DNA from: an uncultured Chthonomonadaceae bacterium
Lineage (GTDB): Bacteria > Armatimonadota > Chthonomonadetes > Chthonomonadales > Chthonomonadaceae
Length of the DNA stretch: 64,000 bases
NCBI GenBank assembly: GCA_963817895.1
Contig: CAWFQB010000001.1
Span: 128,001 to 192,000 of the forward strand
Reading direction: 5' to 3'
Each line of letters begins with the position of its first letter. Within the stretch, counting starts at the first letter, position 1. The notes beneath the pieces were generated by a model, which worked only from the letters and a program-made list of their open reading frames with translations, made no database searches and had not been told where the DNA came from. The position numbers and the translations under genes were made by a program. Positions 11,771-21,151 of the stretch are shown piece after piece.

Positions 11771-12862
11771 ATGAACAACAACACATTCACGTTGATTGGC
11801 GAAGAGATTTCCGGGGACTGGAACGCTCAGGCGCTTGCCGATGTTGCGGCTGCGTTTGGCGGCAAGTACGCGGCGTATACGGCACATTCCGGCGAGGAGT
11901 TGCAAAGTAACGGCGTAAATGACGCTATTTTGCCTGATGCTGACGGTGATTTGCTGGACAGTTTTGACTGGATACTGGCGGCGGAGAACGGGCGCGACGC
12001 GCAGAGTATTTACGCGCTCAAGCCACCTGCCGGTCAACACCGCGCCCTGATTGTCGGCAACGAGGCCAAAGGCATCCGGCGCAAAACGCTGAAGCGGACG
12101 CAGGCGGTTGCCGAAATTCCGCTTGTGTCACAGAACATCAACTGCCTGAATGTGGCGGCTGCGGCAGCGGTTATGCTGTACTATCTGAGTATCTATGAGC
12201 AGCGCGGTTCCTCAGTCGGGCAGGCCAGCCGAACCCTGAACGCCGTACAAAAAGCGCGTCCCGATGCGCTGCTGATTGGCGGGCGCGACCCGATGGAACT
12301 GGGCAGCGTAGTTCGCTCGGCCTGCGCGTTCGGGTGGGAGCGCGTGTTTCTGGAGGATCGGCATAATGTTTGGTACGACTGCGACCGCCTGATGAAATCC
12401 GAAGGCAGGGGCGCGGCGCGGCGGGGACGCAACCCCATCAAAGTGACTCCCTGTCCTGACGATCTACTGCGCCACTATAAGACAATCGTATGGGTCACGC
12501 ATGAACTGGTTGCGCCAACAAAAATTCCGCCCCTGTATCAAACCACGCTGACAAAACGGCCTGACGCGCCCACGCTGATCGTACTGCCCGACGAGAGCGC
12601 GGACGCAAGTGATTGGCTTTGCGCCGCGCAGGAACAGCATTGCGTCACGTTCGCCTGCCTGCCGAACCTTGCCCCCGCCCATTATCACTATCGGCAGGCG
12701 GCGTCCATTGCGCTGGCCGAAACCGCGCGACAATTGGGACGCCCGGATGGAAGAGGCATCTATCTGCGCGGCAGGAAACAGCGGTATCAAAAGAGCGTTG
12801 CAGAGGACACGGAAGCGACATCTCATGAAGGTTACGATCTGGCAGATTTGCGCATATTTTAG
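11771..12862 (+). CDS. TrmH/SpoU (SPOUT) family methyltransferase with two tandem SPOUT domains
   Basis: LIVGNEAKGI and IPLVSQNINCLNVAAAAAVMLY in the first half; DPMELGSVVRSACAFG in the second half. Confidence 0.8.
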   Translation: MNNNTFTLIGEEISGDWNAQALADVAAAFGGKYAAYTAHSGEELQSNGVNDAILPDADGDLLDSFDWILAAENGRDAQSIYALKPPAGQHRALIVGNEAKGIRRKTLKRTQAVAEIPLVSQNINCLNVAAAAAVMLYYLSIYEQRGSSVGQASRTLNAVQKARPDALLIGGRDPMELGSVVRSACAFGWERVFLEDRHNVWYDCDRLMKSEGRGAARRGRNPIKVTPCPDDLLRHYKTIVWVTHELVAPTKIPPLYQTTLTKRPDAPTLIVLPDESADASDWLCAAQEQHCVTFACLPNLAPAHYHYRQAASIALAETARQLGRPDGRGIYLRGRKQRYQKSVAEDTEATSHEGYDLADLRIF

Positions 12863-12931
12863 ATACCTGTAACTTTTTCCACGCTTAAACAAGCAGGAAA
12901 CCCTACAGCAGATGAAGAATAGCCATGCATC

Positions 12932-14899
12932 ATGACAGCGCACCCAACACCCAACACCCAACACCCAACACCCTCGCGAAGCGGTTTTCGGGCCATGCTG
13001 CTCGCGCTTCTGCTTGCGCCCCTGACCGCGTACTGGTCCGCCGATCAGGTAGTAGACGTTATCTTTTCCCTGATGATTCCGCCTGTTGTCATTACGCTCT
13101 TCGTGGCGGTGGCGAACCTGCTGGTACGCCGCGTTTCGCCCCGAATTGCGCTTACCGAGGGCGAACTGATTATCTTCTACGGGATGCATGCTGTGCTGGG
13201 CGCGATTTGCGCTGAGTGGACGAATGTTATCAACCCGACCATTCACAGTTACGCGCTGTACGCAGGCAGCGAGTCGCGGTTTCGTGACCTCATCAACCCC
13301 TACGCCATCAAGTGGCTGTTCATCCCCGTTGAAAACGCCGACAAGTACGAAGATTACCGCAACGGCGGGTATCCGTTCAGCTATTTCCTGTCGCATTTGA
13401 ACTTGTGGTGGACGTACATTTTTTCGTGGACACTGTTGTTTTCGCTCGTATGTTTCGCCATGCTGTGCATCAACAGCCTGATGCGCGACGAGTGGACCAA
13501 TCGCGAGAAACTCGCCTTCCCTATTATTCAACTGCCAATGGCGATTGTGCAGTCCGGCGCGGGCAAGTCACAGGTCTGGAAGAGCCAATTTTTCTGGATA
13601 CCGTTTATATTTATGTTCGGCGTGGATATTCTGAACGGCCTGCACTTCATTTATCCGAGTCTGCCGCTCATCAACGTGCGCTTTCTCGCCTCGCTCAACG
13701 ACTTTACGCCCTCCCCGCCTCTCAACGCGATTGGCTGGACTCCCATCGGTATCTTCCCCTATCTGGCTGTCATCGGTTTTTTCATGCCGACGGATTTGCT
13801 ATTTTCGTGCATATTCTTCTTTTTCTTCCGCAAATTCGAGCAGGTGTTTACGTACTCCTTGGGCTACACCGAGTCGGCGGGCGTGTTTGGAGGCGGCGGA
13901 TTGGTTCCCGCGCCGCCCTATTTCAGCGAACAGAGTTGGGGGGCGTTTCTCGCCCTGTTCGTGACGGCGATGTGGGTGGCGCGTAACTATTTGAAAGAGG
14001 TGTGGCGGCAGATTTTGCGCGGGCATCCGAAGGGGGACAGCGGCGTTCCGCATCGGCTGGCGTTTTTGGGCTTGTTGGGAAGTGTGGGCGCGGTCGTGTG
14101 GCTATCGGTTTATGTCGGCATCCCGCTGTGGATGGTAGCCGCGTCCGTGATTCTGTTCCTGATGTTCAGCGCGGCCCTGACGCGGATGCGGGCGCAGATC
14201 GGGGCACCCTCGCACGAAATGGCATTTATGGGGCCGAATCAGATGCTCGTGGATTTTGTCGGCACGCAGGGACTGTCGCAGTCGGGCGTCAGCCGCCTGG
14301 TGACAACCTTCTTCTTTATGAACCGCATCCACCGGACGCACCCCATGCCGCACCAGTTGGAAGCGATGAAGATGGGCGACGCGGGCAAGATGAATCAACG
14401 CGCTCTGTTTGTGGCGATCACGGTCGCAACGGTTGTGGGCTGCGTTTTGGGGCATCTGGTGTATATCTGGAAGGGGTATCACTATGCCGCGCCCCGGGCG
14501 GGCGGCGATGTGGCGGGCGTCGTAGATACGCTTGTCAACAAGCATCAGCCGTCCAATCCCGTCGCCATTCTGTTCGTCGTACTCGGCTTCGTCTTCGTGC
14601 TGAGTCTGGACTTCATCCGCTTCCGCATCCCCGCCTTTCCCCTGCACCCCGCCGGTTACGCGCTTGCCATGAACTTCGGACTGGACTACTTCTGGTTCGG
14701 GCTGCTGATTGTCTACATCATCAAGGTGTTCGTAGAACGCTACTACGGCTTGAGGGGCTACACCAAACTGCACGAGATCGCGTTGGGCATCATGCTGGCC
14801 GAGTTCTGCGCCGAAGCCATCTGGTCCGGCTACTCGATATGGACGCACACCGCCACTTACAGCGTCAGCATCAACGGCAGATTAGGCTGGAACCAGTAA
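12932..14899 (+). CDS. Polytopic membrane protein (DUF6785/DUF6784-like; possible peptide transporter)
   Basis: About 16-18 hydrophobic segments; EWTNREKLAFPIIQLP, GFFMPTDLLFS, TRMRAQIG, FPLHPAGY, RYYGLRGY. Family call from recall only. Confidence 0.7.
   Translation: MTAHPTPNTQHPTPSRSGFRAMLLALLLAPLTAYWSADQVVDVIFSLMIPPVVITLFVAVANLLVRRVSPRIALTEGELIIFYGMHAVLGAICAEWTNVINPTIHSYALYAGSESRFRDLINPYAIKWLFIPVENADKYEDYRNGGYPFSYFLSHLNLWWTYIFSWTLLFSLVCFAMLCINSLMRDEWTNREKLAFPIIQLPMAIVQSGAGKSQVWKSQFFWIPFIFMFGVDILNGLHFIYPSLPLINVRFLASLNDFTPSPPLNAIGWTPIGIFPYLAVIGFFMPTDLLFSCIFFFFFRKFEQVFTYSLGYTESAGVFGGGGLVPAPPYFSEQSWGAFLALFVTAMWVARNYLKEVWRQILRGHPKGDSGVPHRLAFLGLLGSVGAVVWLSVYVGIPLWMVAASVILFLMFSAALTRMRAQIGAPSHEMAFMGPNQMLVDFVGTQGLSQSGVSRLVTTFFFMNRIHRTHPMPHQLEAMKMGDAGKMNQRALFVAITVATVVGCVLGHLVYIWKGYHYAAPRAGGDVAGVVDTLVNKHQPSNPVAILFVVLGFVFVLSLDFIRFRIPAFPLHPAGYALAMNFGLDYFWFGLLIVYIIKVFVERYYGLRGYTKLHEIALGIMLAEFCAEAIWSGYSIWTHTATYSVSINGRLGWNQ
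12941..12973. repeat. Heptamer tandem repeat (CCCAACA)x4 within the 5' end of the CDS
   Basis: Reads HPTPNTQHPTP in frame. Confidence 0.85.
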
Positions 14900-14921
14900 C
14901 CTGAACCTGTTGTATGAAGAG

Positions 14922-14967
14922 CGTCAAAAACGATGTACGTCAATTTCAACGCACATCGTTTTTGACG
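14922..14967. terminator. Stem-loop, probable intrinsic terminator
   Basis: 15-bp perfect stem cgtcaaaaacgatgt / acatcgtttttgacg just after the stop at 14899. Confidence 0.6.
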
Positions 14968-15011
14968 TATGATGCTTCGGCACTGCAAATGAACCGTAGA
15001 CAGGAACAGCT

Positions 15012-16946
15012 ATGTCCCAAACAAACACGAATGACAACAATCTGTTTCTGGCGCAAGGAGATATTACGCAGATTTGCGCCCATGCGCTCGTGTATTCTAC
15101 CGACCTGTGGGGAAATGCGGGCTACCTGTTTGCGGCGTTTTCTCAAGCGTTTCCTGATTTTGCGGAGAGGTTCGCGCAGGGATACGTACAGGCGCGTGGC
15201 GAACGCGAATGTCTCACAGAGGGAGATACGTTCTGGCTGCCGCTGTTGGATACGCAGCGTCCGCATGGAATTGTCGTTGTGGTGACGCGGGGACAGGACC
15301 GCGCGACCAAAGCGCAGAAGGAAGCGGGGCGGCGTTCGGCGGGGCAGGCGATACGGGAGGCCGCGCGGCATTTGCGCGTACTGGAACCTGCAAAGCGTTT
15401 GCTCATCGTTTTGCCCGCGCTGCTCATGGGGCAGGGCGGCGAAGGACGGCACGGCGTGGAATCCGCGCAGGCGCAGATCGAAGCGGTATATGACGCTCTT
15501 AACCGGCCCGAATTGGCGAACGTTGACGCGGCATTCGTTACGTATACGCCTGCGCTGTATCACGTTTATCTGGAAGCGCGGAAGCGCGTTCGCGAATTAC
15601 GCCCGCATTTGCAGCCTGCCAATATTCCGGCCCATCTGCGACAACTTGCCGAGCAGGTGCGGCGGGGCGAGTGCGTGTTTTTTGTGGGCGCGGGGCTGTC
15701 ACGGGGCGCGGGATTGCCGGATTGGGGCGAACTGGTCAAGGATATGGCGGAAAAACTCGCCATTCCTGACGAGGTGCTGAAGGCGCAAAGTCAGGACGCC
15801 GACTACTATCTGGATTTAGCCGAACTGTTTCAACTGAAACATGGTCGCGCCAATTTAGTTAGCATGGTACAGGAGAAATACGGCAGCGACTATGCCCACG
15901 CGACGCCGACGCTGGCGCACTATCTGCTCATGGGCCAGCCCGTTCGCCACGTCATTACAACCAATTACGACCGCCTGCTGGAACGCGCTCTAACCGCCCT
16001 GCGCCGTCACCCGCAAACCGTTGTGCGTCAGGAAGAAGTAGCGCGGACGGGCAGCAGGGACGGCGTTCACGTTGTCAAGTTTCACGGCGACGCGGACAGA
16101 ATTGTCTTGCCGGATACGGGCAGCGCGGCAGTACCCGATGCCCGCGAAACCTCTGCGCCTTCCTCCAATTCTTCTACTTCTGCTGTTACTTCGGCATCGG
16201 AAGATGACATCATTCTGACGCGCAGCGATTATGATGCGTTCTTTGAAAACCGCCCGGTCATGGCCGCCCTGCTGCAAGGCTTGCTGCTCAACCAAACTTT
16301 CTTCTTTGTCGGCTACAGTCTGCGCGACCCGAACTTCCGGCAAATTTACAGTCAGGTGGCCCGGATGCTTAAAGCCGCCAAGCGCCCCGCGTATGCTACG
16401 TCCTTCAATTCCACTGCCGCGTATCTGACGAAAAAGGGGCTTGAGAATCAGCAATTGTTTCTTATTGAAGTGCCGGGAAATGGGGAGGAGCAGAACGCCT
16501 GTTTCCTGAAGTGGCTGGACTGGCTTTCCGAGGCGGTTACGGGCAAATCGCGCCTGTTCCTCGCCCCGGAAGCGCCCGCGTATGCGGCACAGCAGGACGC
16601 GCCCCTGCACATCCTGCGCAATCGGCTCATAGAATTGGGCGATCAGATGCAGAGGCTGGACTTTGCCGTTCTCACGCTGCCGGAAGCGCGGGAAGTGGCC
16701 CGCCTGCTGTCCCTGCTGACGGAGCAGGGCTGGCGTCCCCAAAAGCAGTGGCGGCAACTGCGCCAACAGCCGCAATCCCTCGCCGCGTTGTGGGAACGCA
16801 TTGCCGATTGTATGGGGGAGAACCACGCCGAAGGTTCGCGTGAAGAGCAGCGCCAGATGCTGATTCATGCCCTGACTTACACGGAAAACGCCGCCGATGC
16901 TGCCCGCCTGCGCGCGCGGCTGAACAACACCATTCTGCCCGACTAA
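15012..16946 (+). CDS. Macro-like domain fused to SIR2-like (SIR2_2) domain
   Basis: Macro: LAQGDITQICAHALVYS, IVLPALLMGQGG. SIR2: FFVGAGLS, ITTNYDRLLE, VKFHGD, FVGYSLRDPN. Confidence 0.85.
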   Translation: MSQTNTNDNNLFLAQGDITQICAHALVYSTDLWGNAGYLFAAFSQAFPDFAERFAQGYVQARGERECLTEGDTFWLPLLDTQRPHGIVVVVTRGQDRATKAQKEAGRRSAGQAIREAARHLRVLEPAKRLLIVLPALLMGQGGEGRHGVESAQAQIEAVYDALNRPELANVDAAFVTYTPALYHVYLEARKRVRELRPHLQPANIPAHLRQLAEQVRRGECVFFVGAGLSRGAGLPDWGELVKDMAEKLAIPDEVLKAQSQDADYYLDLAELFQLKHGRANLVSMVQEKYGSDYAHATPTLAHYLLMGQPVRHVITTNYDRLLERALTALRRHPQTVVRQEEVARTGSRDGVHVVKFHGDADRIVLPDTGSAAVPDARETSAPSSNSSTSAVTSASEDDIILTRSDYDAFFENRPVMAALLQGLLLNQTFFFVGYSLRDPNFRQIYSQVARMLKAAKRPAYATSFNSTAAYLTKKGLENQQLFLIEVPGNGEEQNACFLKWLDWLSEAVTGKSRLFLAPEAPAYAAQQDAPLHILRNRLIELGDQMQRLDFAVLTLPEAREVARLLSLLTEQGWRPQKQWRQLRQQPQSLAALWERIADCMGENHAEGSREEQRQMLIHALTYTENAADAARLRARLNNTILPD

Positions 16947-16956
16947 TTAAAAGACA

Positions 16957-17087
16957 ATTTTTCACCACCAAGACGCCAGGAACACCAGGAAATACAAGAG
17001 GAGAAAGAAGCTATTTGAATTTGGCAACTTCCCTCCTTCCCTCTCTTTCCTTTACTTGGTGTTCCTGGCGTCTTGGTGGTGAAAAAT
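16957..17087. repeat. Inverted-repeat element (CACCAAGAC/CACCAGGAA nonamer type)
   Basis: Arms of about 31 bp: atttttcaccaccaagacgccaggaacacca / tggtgttcctggcgtcttggtggtgaaaaat, between convergent genes. Confidence 0.9.
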
Positions 17088-17114
17088 AAGCCGATGAATG
17101 CGCAAGGAATGGCT

Positions 17115-17528
17115 TTAAGGTTTGGCGTTCTGTGGGGCGCTTGTCCACGCTTCGGACTTGTCCTTGCGGAACGCGGCCCAACCCGGTTTCAGATCGGCAA
17201 GGACGCTGTGCAGACTTTCGTCATGTCCCACAACCTCTTCCAGAGTGGCGGTTGTCAAATCCGATACGCCCGGAACCTGCGCGTCGAGAAATTGCCAGCC
17301 GTTGTCTTTGGCGTCGTGGAAAACAAACAGAATAGGCTTGCCATTGTTCAGCGCGTTTTTGGTAGTGACAACCGGCAGGGTTCGCGCCTCTTTGTACGGC
17401 CAATCCGCAGCGGCTGTTGCGGGAACGATTGGCGCGGGTTCCGGCTTGTGCAGCATACGGGGCAACGTGAACGCTAACAAAACGGAGTAGGCGATAAACA
17501 GGTAGGTAGTGAATTTCTTATTTTTCAT
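17115..17528 (-). CDS. Membrane-anchored hypothetical protein (DUF2185/Imm33-like WQFL motif)
   Basis: N-terminal anchor; PILFVFHDAKDNGWQFL, LADLKPGWAAFR. Confidence 0.65.
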   Translation of the reverse strand: MKNKKFTTYLFIAYSVLLAFTLPRMLHKPEPAPIVPATAAADWPYKEARTLPVVTTKNALNNGKPILFVFHDAKDNGWQFLDAQVPGVSDLTTATLEEVVGHDESLHSVLADLKPGWAAFRKDKSEAWTSAPQNAKP

Positions 17529-17597
17529 GATGGGTTTATTTTACCAGCAAGTTCGGCATTTGGGAACAAAAACTGCCCGGATTGTGTTTATAATCCT

Positions 17598-18056
17598 GTG
17601 ACCAGTTCTTTGCCTACGAATTCTGCCCTGTTTCTGCTTTTGAACGTGGCGTCCACCCTGTTTATGACGGGGCTTGTTTGGTTTGTGCAGATGGTACACT
17701 ATCCGCTGTTCGGGTATGTGGGCGTAGAGAGTTACGCCGCCTACGCGAACCAACACACCCGCCGAACCACATGGGTCGTCGGGCCGCCGATGCTGTTGGA
17801 ACTGGCAACGTCCGTGTGGCTTGTCGCTGCGCCGCCCCAAAACATTCCCGCTGCGGCCCTGTGGGGCGGGTTGATGTTGACGGGCGTACTCTGGCTGTCT
17901 ACGCTGCTGCTGCAAATCCCCCGCCACAACGCGCTTGGCAACGGCTTTGATGCGAATGTCCACCGCGCCCTTGTGTCTACCAACTGGATACGAACAATCG
18001 CGTGGAGCCTGCGAACCGTTCTGGTCCTGTGGATGCTTGCTATCTTGCTGCGCTGA
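17598..18056 (+). CDS. Conserved 4-TM hypothetical membrane protein
   Basis: MTGLVWFVQMVHYPLF, VVGPPMLLE, QIPRH, LVSTNWIRT. Confidence 0.75.
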   Translation: MTSSLPTNSALFLLLNVASTLFMTGLVWFVQMVHYPLFGYVGVESYAAYANQHTRRTTWVVGPPMLLELATSVWLVAAPPQNIPAAALWGGLMLTGVLWLSTLLLQIPRHNALGNGFDANVHRALVSTNWIRTIAWSLRTVLVLWMLAILLR

Positions 18057-18165
18057 ATGTTCCACAATTGCCGCGCCAACGCTTTACTCCTTCCGCTGAT
18101 TTCGGCTACCATTAAGAACACCATTTTGTTTGCAAATATTTCAGGAACATGAGGAGTAACGATTC

Positions 18166-19344
18166 GTGGATGAACGAGGCAATGTGCGCGTGGGTATCAT
18201 CGGGCCGAGCTGGTGGGTCAATTTCTGGCATTTGCCCGCCATTGAAAATCATCCTCATGCGGAAGTGTACGCCGTGTGCGGCGCAAAGGCGCGGGACGAG
18301 GCGGACGTGAAAGCGAAGTACGGCCCGAACGCGCGGTTTTTCACGGACAGGGAACAGATGCTGGCGGAAGTTCCCCTTGATGGCGTGATTGTCTGTACGC
18401 CCAACGACACGCATCATCCCGCAACGATGTCGGTACTCAACCACAACCTGCACGTTACCTGCGAAAAGCCGCTTGCCATGAATCAGGAACAGGCGCGCGA
18501 AATGGCTGAAACCGCGCAAGAGCGCAATCTCATCGGCATGACCAATTTTCCGTACCGCGACAATCCCTGCATCCAGACGTTGCGGCAATTGGTTGCGGAG
18601 GGGTATGTCGGCACGATTTTCCATGTGGCGGGGCAGTATCACGGCGGTTTCGGGCTGGGCAGTTCCCCCAACTGGCGCGGCCTGCGCGAACGCAGCGGGG
18701 CGGGCATACTGGGCGATTTAGGCTCGCACCTGATTGATCTCGTCCGCTTCACGACCGGGGATGAGTTCGCGTCCGTGTGCGCCCACTCGCTTTCTATCCT
18801 GAGAAACAAAGCAACCGGCGCGTTTGAGGGATTGGCGAACACGGAAGACCCGCGCGTTTTGCCCCGAAACGACGACAGCATGGCGTTTCTGGCCGAGATG
18901 CAGTCCGGGGCGCAGGCGATTCTGCACACCAGTTGGCTGGCCTATCAGGGCGCGGAGCGGCAGCATCAGGAACTCGATATTTACGGCACGGCAGGGCATT
19001 TGCATTTCATTGCCAACCATGCCGGCACGTTCCTGCGCGGCAAGCGAACCGGGGAGGAGCGTTGGGAAATGATTCCGGTTGAAAATGTTGTGACGCCCGA
19101 AATACGGCAGGCGGAAGGGTTAGAGGAAAACGAGGATTATTTCCGCCCCGGTCGCCTGACAGCCACGAACACCACCTACCGCTGGATCGAAGCCATCCGG
19201 CAGGGACAAACCACGATTTCCCCCGATTTGACGGACGGCTGGCGAACGCAGCAGGTGATTGACGCGGTGATTGCGGCGAGCAGAGAGCGAAAGTGGAAGG
19301 AAGTGCAAAGGATGAAGGATGAAGAGGATGCCCTCCTTTTCTGA
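18166..19344 (+). CDS. Gfo/Idh/MocA family oxidoreductase
   Basis: VRVGIIG, VCTPNDTH, CEKPLA, GAGILGDLGSHLID. Confidence 0.92.
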   Translation: MDERGNVRVGIIGPSWWVNFWHLPAIENHPHAEVYAVCGAKARDEADVKAKYGPNARFFTDREQMLAEVPLDGVIVCTPNDTHHPATMSVLNHNLHVTCEKPLAMNQEQAREMAETAQERNLIGMTNFPYRDNPCIQTLRQLVAEGYVGTIFHVAGQYHGGFGLGSSPNWRGLRERSGAGILGDLGSHLIDLVRFTTGDEFASVCAHSLSILRNKATGAFEGLANTEDPRVLPRNDDSMAFLAEMQSGAQAILHTSWLAYQGAERQHQELDIYGTAGHLHFIANHAGTFLRGKRTGEERWEMIPVENVVTPEIRQAEGLEENEDYFRPGRLTATNTTYRWIEAIRQGQTTISPDLTDGWRTQQVIDAVIAASRERKWKEVQRMKDEEDALLF

Positions 19345-19421
19345 AAGCCTTATTGGTGACATGAAAAGACAAGGAGAGGACAGGAATAGTTTTCATCCTT
19401 CATCCCTCATCCTTCATCCTT
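19308..19421. repeat. Inverted heptamer element (AAGGATG)n ... (CATCCTT)n overlapping the 3' ends of two convergent genes
   Basis: aaggatgaaggatgaag and tcatccttcatccctcatccttcatcctt; it supplies RMKDE to both proteins. Confidence 0.85.
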
Positions 19422-20817
19422 TCCTCCGGCAACGACATCGTCACGACCACGCATGCGCCACCCTCCGGGCGATTGGTGAAGACGATGTCGACGTGCAGGT
19501 CATGGTGTCCCGTGCTGTCAATGAGTTCAAGGCCAGTGTTGGCGGCGGCGCGGGGGTTGAAGTTGGGCGGGAAGCCGGGGCCATCATCGCAGACTTCCAG
19601 CCGCGCTTTGCCCAATTCGATAAGCGCAAACGTCAGTTCGATGTCGCCCTTGCCGTGCTTGACGGCGTTGCTGATGATCTCGTTGATGAGAATGGTCAGC
19701 GAACCCAGCAGGCGCGCGGGCAACTGCACATCCTGTATTTTCGTTTTCAAACGGCGCGTTCCCAATGTGGACTGCACGAGGGGCAGCAGCCAATTCAGCG
19801 CGGCGGCCACGCTGATAGCATCCGCTTCCTGATTGTTTTTGACCGCAGCCGTCAGCAGATCATGCACGGCGGCGAGGGTGCGAATGTGCATCCCAAGCCG
19901 CTTCCACTCCGACAGCGGCACACTCGCCATATCCTCCATCACCTGCATATCCACAAGGGCGCTGATTACCTGCAAATTATTTTTTACGCGGTGATGGGTT
20001 TCGGCCATTGCGCGATGCAGGCGGGCATTGAGTTCCTGAATCTCCTCCTGCCGCTGCTGCTGTTCGCGCTGCATCCGTTGCCGTTCGGAAATATCGGTCA
20101 GAATATATACCGCGCCCGCCAGTCCGCCCTGCGCTTCGGATACGGGATCGGCGGTGATGCGCAGACTGCGCCCGCCCACATCCACTTCCACGCTTTCGCG
20201 CCCGCTGCCCTGCTGTAAATCCGACATGCGCGGCAGCGTTTCCACGCCCAAAACTTCGGCAAGCAGGGGGCAAGCGAATGACCGAGCAGGCTTGCCAGCG
20301 GCATTTGCAGCAGTTCCGAAAACACCGCGTTTCCCCTGCGAATACGCCCCTCCCGATCCAGCAGGCATACGGCGTCGCTGATCGCTTCAAAAGTGGTGTT
20401 CCATTCGCGGGCATTGACGATTGCCAGTTCTTCGGCAAGCCGCATCCGCAGCAGAGAATGAACGGTCGCCAGCAGCTCAACCGGTTCTACCGGCTTGATG
20501 AGATAGCCGTCCGCGCCGCCCTCCAACCCCTGCGCGCGATCCGCGCTGCTCACAAAACTGGCGGACAGATGCAAAACCGGGATGGAAGCCAGAGCGGGGT
20601 CGGCCTTGATTCGGCGGCATACTTCGAAGCCGCTGATGTCCGGCAGGCGCACATCCAGCAAAATCAGCGCGGGGAGATTACGCGCCAACAGCAGCGCTGC
20701 CTCCCCGGTTGTCGCTTCCTGAACAATGTACCCGGCCTTTTGCAGCGTTCGCGTGACGGCATAGCGGTTGGCGTCGTCATCATCGGCGTTGAGCAGCGTG
20801 AGCGTACGGTTAGGCAT
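19400..20817 (-). CDS. Hybrid REC-PAS-histidine kinase (HisKA_2/HWE-like); frameshift near 20260
   Basis: REC: LNADDD, LLDVRLPDISGFEVCRRIK, DGYLIKP. PAS segment. Kinase: ETHHRVKNNLQ, NEIISNAVKHG, DDGPGF. Confidence 0.9.
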
Positions 20818-21151
20818 GATGCGCCTCCCGATGCAGGCTGGCAGGCGCGATATCCGGCAGCGCCAGAGCGGACGAAACCGCCTCATACCGTCCCCATCGG
20901 CTAATATTGGCAGGCCGTTTCCGCCGTACTCGTTGGTTATGGCTTCCACGTTTCATGCGCTTTCTCCTCGTGTTTTACACAGGAGTTTAACACATCCAGT
21001 GGACTAAATTTTCGGAGGCATATCAGTAACCCGCATAAACATGTGGGTTACTCAGACCATCTGCCAACTGTCCTGTAAATGGAGAGTTGCACTATTTACC
21101 GCATCGGGCATACACAGATAGTTTTATACTTTCATACCAGGTTAGTTTAAC

